This document shows positions 55,901 to 64,000 of a stretch of 64,000 nt of DNA, one piece after another (the first letter of the stretch is position 1; each line of letters opens with the position of its first letter). The translations under genes and the position numbers were made by a program. The notes below the pieces were generated by a model. That model saw only the letters and a list, made by a program, of their open reading frames with translations, ran no database searches and was not told the origin of the DNA. The DNA comes from the human T2T-CHM13v2.0 reference genome, Homo sapiens, in assembly GCF_009914755.1 (NCBI RefSeq), contig NC_060947.1. The stretch is one strand, 5' to 3'.

Positions 55901-56011
55901 GCTGGTCTCTGGAGTGACAATATTATCTGTACACCAAACCCCTGTGACATGCAATTACCCATGTAACAAATTTGCACACATACCTCTTGAACCTAATAGG
56001 TGGAAAGAAAA

Positions 56012-56042
<31 letters not shown>

Positions 56043-57424
56043 AATATGTTTTTTAACTTCAAATGATGAATATAGTAGCTTTCAAATGTATCTAACCTTC
56101 TCCCAGAGACCACGGTTTTTTATTTTACCAACCTAAGTTGGCAAAGTTGCTACATATTTTATCTTTTAGAGTCATTTAATGATTTATATTTTAAGGAGGA
56201 AGGTAAGATGATCCTTAGAATACCCTACCAACAGATAAAATTAACCGGTTGTTCTTTTGGGCAAATATTGAGGATTTTATATATAATTTTTGGAAAATCT
56301 TGATTATATTTCACCTTGGGAAATGGAATAAAGTCTTGTGTCTACTTTACCCTTTGCAAAGACACAAGGATAAAATACTCCAGGGAAATAGTCATTGCCA
56401 GAGTTATTTGGCTTTCTCAGGTTTGTTTTAGAAATGGGCTCATTCTCTCCAGACACTGTTAGAGAATTAAATGATTGCTTTTCCCTAGTTAAAGATAGAA
56501 GTTTTTTTTTTTTTTTTCACTTATCAGGCCTCTGGACACAATAATGTCATATACTGTCATTTCTATTTAATATATAACATTGTATGGAGTACTTGTTCTT
56601 CATTGACTTGTCATTTTTTAATCCTTGTAGATTTTCCATACTAAATCTGCATATTAGAAATAGTTACCACATATATAAAACTTGCCTTTACATTTTAAAG
56701 ATCTTAAACTAATTGATGTTATAAAATATATGATGGAGAAAAATTCACAACCCAAGTTTCCTTTAAATAAAAAATGAACACAGGACTTGTTTCTGTTTCC
56801 AGTGAATATATTGCTGCAATTTCACTTCATATTGGATGTTAACAAAAAATATCTGCAGTATTTACTACAGGAAAATATGAAAATAAAAAAAATATTATCT
56901 AGAGCTGCTCCACTTCTCTGACCATCTGCATTTTTGTCTATATTTTCCCTGCATCATCTCATGTAGGCATGTTCTGTGAAGAATTACCTCAGGCTCATTC
57001 TCTTGAGAAGCCTTCATTTTCTATTCTGATACTTAATGGTTTGGGGTTGTGTTACTTTATCTAGGTGACACATTTGCATTTTTCACTGCAACTTCTTAAA
57101 AAGAAAGTGCTACTGCTGATGAGAAAATTAGGACCAAAAAAAACCTGAGAATGCTCTTTTGGAGGCATTATACATATTCCATGTATGAATTATGTTTGTC
57201 ATGAATATCGGAAAGTGTTATTTATCTAATTTCCAAATTTTACAGACCTTCCTTTCAGGAACATTTCTTCTTCTACATAACATCTAAGACTAATATATTT
57301 GTTTGAAAGAAGAACAAGCTTCTATATTTAAATGAAGTAAGTTTACCTTACATCTCCAACATGTTTATTTGTGTGTGTATTATACACATATGTGTCCAGA
57401 TTAATTACATATATATGCAGATTA

Positions 57425-58155
57425 ATTACATTGGATCACTTTGGATCGCTTTTTATCATGAAAGAGGCAACGTTTTCTTCTTACCAGGCTAGATACTTAA
57501 ACTGGATATAGATTTGCCTCCTCTGCATGCAGTGCTTTGGTCATAACTGTCATCCACAGGCCTTAACAATGTCTTATTTACCATCATGGTATTCTGAAGA
57601 GCATTGCTTCTGGTCAGGAAACTCACTTCACAGCAAATGAACTGTGGCAATAGTTGCACATTTATGGAATTCATTATGTGTACCATATTTCCCACTGCTA
57701 TGGTCCGAACGTTTGTCTCCCCCTCCCTTAATTAATACATTGAAAACCTAATCATGAATGTGATGATATTTGGAGTTGTGGCCTTTGAAATTTTATTAAA
57801 TCATGAAGTCAGAACCCTCATCGATGGGATTAGTGTCTTCATAAATGAGGCCTGAGGGAGCTTGCACACTCCTTCTGTCATGTTAGGACACAGTTTGGAG
57901 ATGCCAACTTTGAAGAAGAGAGTGAGCTCTCACCAGATGCCAATCTGCTGGCACTTTGACCTTGGATTTCCCAGTTTCCAGAGCTGTGAAAAATGAATTT
58001 CTGGTGCCTACAAGCTACCCAGTTTTTATAGTACTTTGTTATAGCAGCCCCAATAGACAAAGACACTCACTATTTTGAAACAGCCAGCTTAATAAAATAG
58101 TGAAGTAGCCCTTTAAAGACTCAATTACAGCGCAAGCTAGATGGTAATACCTTGC
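57425..58155 (+). mobile_element. ERVL integrase fragment interrupted by MLT1A0
   Basis: ggatatagatttgcc...cattgcttctggtcaggaaactcacttcac (IASDQGTHF-like). Confidence 0.75.
57696..58065 (+). mobile_element. MLT1A/MLT1A0 solo LTR
   Basis: TGCTATGGTCCGAACGTTTG...AAGACA; TSD cccac/ctcac. Confidence 0.9.
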
Positions 58156-58742
58156 TGTATTAGTCCATTTTACGTGGGACTGGGCAATTTATAAAGAAAA
58201 GAGGTTTAATATACTCACAGTTCCACATGGCGGGGGAGGCCTCAGGAAACTTACAATCATGGCACAAGGCAACTCTTCACAGGGTGACAGTAGAGAGAAT
58301 GAAAGACAGGCTAGCGAAGGCGGAAGCCCTATATAAAACCATCAGATCTTATGAGAACTTACTGAGTATCACAAAAATAGCATGGGGGAAACCATCCCCA
58401 TAACTCAATTACTTCCCACTGGGTCCCTCCCATGACATGTGGGAGTTATGGGAACTACAGTTCAAGATGAGAGTTCAGTGAGAACACAGCCAAACCATAT
58501 CATTCTGCCCCTGGCCCTTCCCAAATCTCATGCCCTCATTTCAAAAAACAATCATGCCTTTCCAACAGTCCCCCAGAGTCTTAGTACATTCCAACATTAA
58601 CCCAAAAGTCCAAGTCCAAAGTCTCATTTGAGACAAGGCAAGTGCCTTCCACCTATGAGCCTGTAAAATCAAAACCAAGTTATTTACTTCCTAGATACAT
58701 TGGGGATACAGGCATTTGGTAAATATAGCCTTTCCAAATGAA
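58156..58742 (-). mobile_element. THE1C-like 3' LTR (58156-58502) plus truncated internal stub
   Basis: tgtattagtcc...cagccaaaccatatca then THE1-int 3' end; no second LTR. Confidence 0.88.
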
Positions 58743-58744
58743 AA

Positions 58745-59763
58745 GGACAAATAACCACCAGAACAGCTTGGGAACTCACTTGTAGACACTCTACAAGGTT
58801 GGAAATTCTGTTTGTGTTATAATTCAGCCACCTGCAGGATGACATTTTTGGTCCGATTTTCAGCAATCTAAGCTCTGTGGCTACAGGAGATAAGGGTTCA
58901 TTTCAAGGCAGTCATAGAAATTTTCAGGCCATTTATGCCATACTTGAGCCAAAAATTCTAGTGGCTGAGCTTATCCTGTTTTTTACTGACTTTGTTCAGC
59001 ACAAATAAGGGCAATCAGTGAATCCCATTCTACTCATTAGTTAGACAAATATGTTATAAAATATCAAATACATAGTGACACAGAAGCTTGCTTCTTAAAA
59101 GTATTTAGTTAGGAGTATCAAATAATGATACTTTTCTTGTCTCTATTGCCACATCATGCTTTGGACCATTCATGTTGTCTTTACTACTGGAAATTGTCAT
59201 TATGTCTTTAAATATAGTCAGATTAGAGAACAAATGCCAGAAATCTCAAGACCAGTTTATAATCTCATCCACACAATTTTGTTCTCTTAGAATGACTCTC
59301 AGTACCAAAATTTGTATTAGTCATTGTTCTCCAGAGAAACAACTAATAGGATAGATAGATAGATGGATCAGTCTATAAAGATCTTTCTGTCTTTTGAGAA
59401 ATTAATCTATTTTAAGGAATTAACTCACATGATTGTGTGAACTGGAAAGTCCCTAAGGCAAACTAGCAGACTAGAAATTTTGGAAAAAGTTGGTTCTGCA
59501 ATCTTGAGTTCAAAGGCAGTCTGGAGGCAGAATTCTTTTCTTCTTGGGTGACTTCAGTCTTTTCTCTTAGGTGTTATAAATAATTGGACATGTACTATGT
59601 GCATTGTGGGAGCATGATTTGCTTTATTCGAAGTCTAGTGATTTAAATGTTAGCCACATATAAAAAATACCTTCACCACAAAATCTAAACTGATGTTTGA
59701 GAAAAAAAAAAAAAACTGGGCACCAGAGGCTAGCCAGGTTGGCACATAAAATTAACCATCATG
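58745..59763 (-). mobile_element. MLT2D-like 5' LTR (59313-59763) with the start of ERVL-int
   Basis: tgtattagtc..ttctccagagaaac...cataaaattaaccatca; adjacent cagtaccaaaat PBS-side junction. Confidence 0.8.
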
Positions 59764-60657
59764 AGCTGTATCTAGTGTGAGGCAATTATGAAAAATACTG
59801 CTATGAATATGTATTCAAATTTTTGTAAAAATATGGTATGTTTTTATTTTCCTGTATGTACACCTAGGGTTGGAAAGGCTGGGTTGTATGCTAAAAGTAT
59901 GTTTAACATTTTCAGGAATTGCCAAATGATTTCTCAAAGTAGCTATACTGTTTAAAATCTCACTGGAAATGTAAGAAAGCTTTAATTCCTTTACATTCTC
60001 TCTTATGTGTGTGTGAAGTGGTAACTCGTAGTTTAGATTTGCATTTCCCCAATGAACAATGATAGATATTGAACATCTTTTCATGTGTGATTGGGTATTT
60101 GAATATCTTCTTTGGATAAATATCCATTCAAATTTTTACTCTTTTAAAAAACTGACTTGTCTTTTTGTTACTTTTTATTGCTGAATTGTTTTATTCCTGA
60201 CTTGCTTTTATATTCTGGATTTATGCCTTTTATTATATATACAATTTGCGAGTATTTTTTTCCTGAGTTATGAGTTATTTCACTTTTTTTGATGGTGTCC
60301 TTTGAAGCACAAAAGATTTAAATTTTGGTGTAATACAACTTATCTATATTTTCTCTTGTTGCTTGTGCTTTTAATGATGTATCTAAGAAACCATAGCCTA
60401 AGTCATGGTCACAAAGATTGACATCTATTTTTTTTCTAAGAATTTTATAATTTTAACTTCTTTGTTTCATTTTTAATCTATTTTGAGTTAATATTTATGT
60501 ATGATGTGAAGAAGCAATTCAACTTTATTATTTTGCATGTAGATATCCAGTTGATTTAACACCATTTTTGGAAAATACTACTGTTTTCTGGTTGGATTTC
60601 CTTGGCACAAATGTTGAAAACCAATTGTCTATAAATAGAAGATATTATGATTTCTAT

Positions 60658-61487
60658 TGTTATAGTTCCCTGTTAATTTGATATTCAGTTCTCCGTCTTA
60701 AGAGTGACCACAAGTTCTAACCATACCCTGATGAGAAATTCAAGGGATTTGGTCGTGGATATAGACAGTATGCCTTTTATGGGATATTTCTTTACGGTGT
60801 AGATAAACTAATACCTAAGTATTTGATCCATGACAAGATGTTGCTCTCATAGAAATCTTGTTTATACTGGCCAACACCCTCTGCCTCTCATAAGTACTAT
60901 GTCCAGTTTATTCTTGTCAAGACAGCCACTCTCTAAGAGAGATCCTTGACTAGAAAGAAAGTTAGGTTCAAGTATTTGTGTCAGGTGAGATACAATGAAG
61001 AAATGAAGCCAAATGCATAAAACAAAAGAAATTTATTACTTCCAGGCTCCAGAGAGATCAAGAGTGCTAATAGGATGCCAGTGAGAAGTCCAGAGGCTCC
61101 AGGGAGTTCAACCAGCAAGGAGGGAGCAAGAGAAACAGAGCCTGTGGGACTACGCCTTTATAAAATCCATGGGCATTATTTCTTAGGCTTTCCCACAGGG
61201 GTTGTGGATTGGCTAGTTTAAAGAAAACTCACTCGTAAAAGGATAACTTATTTACAGAACTCTGGCATTGACCACTGGGTTTTATCATAGTCAGCGGCTG
61301 TGCAGTGTGTTAAGTTGCAGGTCAGCAAGATGAGGAACAAATGGGCTATATCACAAACAACCACACGGGGAAAGGAAGTTTTAGTTAGGCCAGAAGTGAT
61401 GGGGTTTGACTGAGTTATACACAATTTGTGTCAGGCCTAAAAAATTGATTCTGAGGCAGCAACTTTATTAAATAAATTCATCATACA
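60658..61487 (-). mobile_element. MER54A-like solo LTR (ERVL)
   Basis: Minus strand AATTTATTTAATAAAGTTGCTGCCTCAGAATCAATTTTTTAGGCCTGAC...; ends TATAACA at 60658. Confidence 0.75.
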
Positions 61488-63232
61488 AATATATATTTCT
61501 AGTACCTCAGTTCTGTTCTATTGATCTATATGCCTATGCCAGTATTAAAATGCCTGGAGTACTAACATACTTTGAATCAGGATGTGTGAGTTTTCTAAAC
61601 TTTTCCATGTTTTTAAAGATTGCTTTTGCTGTTTTGGGGCTCTTGTATTTCCATATGAATTTTAGGATCCGCTTTTTTATTTCTGAAAAAAAGAAAAAGA
61701 AAAAAGAAACAGCTCGGTTTTCAGTATGGATTTGATAAAATCTGTAGATCAATTTAGAGAATACTCTTATTTTAACAATATTAAGTCTTTTGATTCAAGA
61801 ACATGGGATGTCTCTCTAATTATTTAGGTCTTATTTCACTTTTTACAGTAATTTTTACATTTCAGAGAACAATTCTTGCACTTCTGTTTCCAAATTTATC
61901 TCTAAATATTTTACATTTTTGAAATTATTTAATATGGAATAGTTTTCTTAATTTAATTTCAAGTTGTTTATTGCTAATAGGTAGAAATCCAGTTTATTAT
62001 TGGGTATTCACCTTCTTTTATATGTGATTAACTCAATTATTAGTTCCAATAAGTCTCTTGTACATTACTTAGACTTTTATATTTACATAAAATTAATTTT
62101 CGACCAATGATATTTTATTTTCCTCTTAAATCTGAGTATTTTTTATTCTTTTATGCCAAATTGCCCTGGCTAAAACTTTTAGTTAAATTTTGCCTAAAAA
62201 TGGTGAGAACAGATTCTTATCTGGTTCCAGGTCATATGCAGAAAGCATTTTTTTTTTTTTTTACCATTTAATACAATGTCATGTTTTTAGTTTTTATGGA
62301 TGGCCTTTATAAAGTTGAGGAAATCATCTTCTATTTCTAGTCAGCTGAATTTTTTTTATTATAAGGTGACAGATTTTACCAAACGTCTTTTCTGTGTCTA
62401 ATAATGTAACCAAGTGGATTTTGTACTTTAGTATATTAATATGGTATATTACATTGATTGATTTTTGTTTGTTGGGCCAACCTTGCATTTCTGAGACAAA
62501 TCTCACTATTCAATGCTGTATAATGGTTTTTAGATGTTGTCAGGTTAGATATGCAAGTATTTTGTTGAGGATCCTTGCACCTAGATTTTGATTTTTTTGT
62601 AGACTTCTTATTTGAACAATGTGTTATATAGAAATGTGTTGTTTAATATTTGGGGATTTTCCAGCTGTCTTTTCTGTTATTGATTTTCTAACTTAATTAT
62701 ATTGTAGTACAGATTATGTTTTTGTAATTTCTAGTCTTTTAAAAATACTAAGGTATTTTTATGATGCAAGATACTGTCTATATTGATGAATGTCTCACGT
62801 GAGTTTGAGAAGAATGTGTGTTCTATGCTGTTGAAGTATTCTATGCATCGCAATTAGATCAAATCGAGTGAGTGTGTTTGTTCATTTCAACCATATTCTT
62901 ATTGATTTTCTGCTTCCTGGACTTATCAATTACTGAGAGATGAGTATTGAAATCTCCAACTATAATAGTGAGTTTGTTTCTCTTTGTAGTTCTATTAGGT
63001 TTTGCCTCACATATTTTGATGCTCTGTTGTTAAGTAAATACATATTAATAGTTGTTATGTCTTCTTGCAGAAATGACCTCTTTGTCATTATGTATGACTC
63101 TGTTATTATCCCTGATACATTTTCTTGTTCTAAACTACATTTCATCTGCAATTAATGTAGCTACTCCAGCTTATTGCTACCATGATATAACTCTCACTAC
63201 CTCAGAGCTCTCAATATCTGTTTCTTTATATT

Positions 63233-63591
63233 TGACATAGTTTGGCTGTGTCCCCACTAAACCTCATCTTAAATTGCAGCTCCCATAATTCCCATGTGTT
63301 GTGGGAGGGACCCAGTGGGAGACAACTTAATCATGGGGCGGTTTGCCCCATACTATTCTGGTGATGAATAACTCTCACTAGATCTGATGGTCTTATAACG
63401 GGTTTTCCTTTTCACTTAGTTCTCCTTCTGTCTAGCTAGCTGCCATGTAAGATGTGTCTTTTTCTTTTTGCCACGATGATGAGGTCTCTCCAGCCATGTG
63501 GAACTGTGGGTCCATTAAACCTCATTTTTTAAAAATAAATTACCCAGTCTCAGCTATGTCTTTATCAGTAGCATGAAAACTGACTAACACA
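63233..63591 (+). mobile_element. THE1B solo LTR
   Basis: TGACATAGTTTGGCTGTGTCCCC...CTAACACA; perfect TSD atatt. Confidence 0.93.
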
Positions 63592-64000
63592 ATATTTAAA
63601 GTAGATTTCTTTTAAAACAATAGCTGTGTGTGTTTTTTTTTTTAATCCACTCTGACAGTCTCTGTCTTCTTACTGGAACATTTAGATCATTCCCATTTAA
63701 AGTGATTATGGATATAGTTAGATTAATATCTGTCATATGTATAACTGTTTTCTGTTTGAGGTCCATCTTCTTTTTTTTCTACTTTTTTTCTTCCCTGTCT
63801 GCTATTAACCAAAAGCAATATGAAATTTCATTTATTACCTCTCCTATCATGTTAATTAAACTTATTTTTAACACATTTTTGTGCCTTATGTAGAGTTTGC
63901 AATATATGTTTATAACATCTAATTCCATTTTCAAAGAATACTATCACCATGGAGATTAGGATTTCAGTGCATGAACGGGGGGGCATACACATTTTGTTTA

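Larger units (their letters stand above)
51816..56044 (+). mobile_element. L1PA13-16/L1PREC2-type: whole decayed ORF2, 3' UTR and (TAAA)n tail
   Basis: Begins at ORF2 start atgacaggatc; EN (CLQETH, GEFKTPL) and RT remnants; tail 56008-56044. Confidence 0.9.
59765..63940 (-). mobile_element. Old L1M (MB/MC/ME) ORF2 remnants, interrupted by MER54A and THE1B
   Basis: Minus ORFs 61534-61752, 62324-62506 and 62960-63151 resemble L1 ORF2. Confidence 0.75.

Noticed and set aside
56170-56202. 33-nt micro-exon (ttttag|...aag|gtaaga)
   Set aside because: Such motifs are expected by chance in AT-rich DNA; no supporting neighbouring exons.

Overview
Primate, most likely human, genomic DNA: AT-rich, CpG-depleted, and roughly 90% transposable-element derived by eye. 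No host protein-coding gene, RNA gene, CRISPR array or prokaryotic feature is supportable. Every long ORF I could assign is a decayed piece of L1 ORF1/ORF2, retroviral gag/pol/env, THE1-int or Alu. Contents: old L1M/L1P elements acting as hosts; a two-LTR MER4-group ERV1 provirus (1908-10014) whose 5' LTR was hit by an L1PA3/4 and a MER9; an ERVL interrupted by MER50 and a 5'-deleted HUERS-P3-type provirus; a full-length THE1D; solo MER4A1, MER54A, MLT1A0 and THE1B LTRs; an orphan env-TM+LTR; a MADE1 MITE; and nine Alus or Alu fragments. I found no evidence of a new biological system. The most notable oddities are a perfect 60-bp palindrome inside an old L1, two L1 insertions without TSDs that coincide with deletions, an env remnant next to an ERVL-like LTR, a miR-548-like MADE1 hairpin, and an exon-like unique island between inverted Alus. 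Family names come from remembered consensus sequences and need RepeatMasker/Dfam confirmation. Boundaries without a TSD are approximate.
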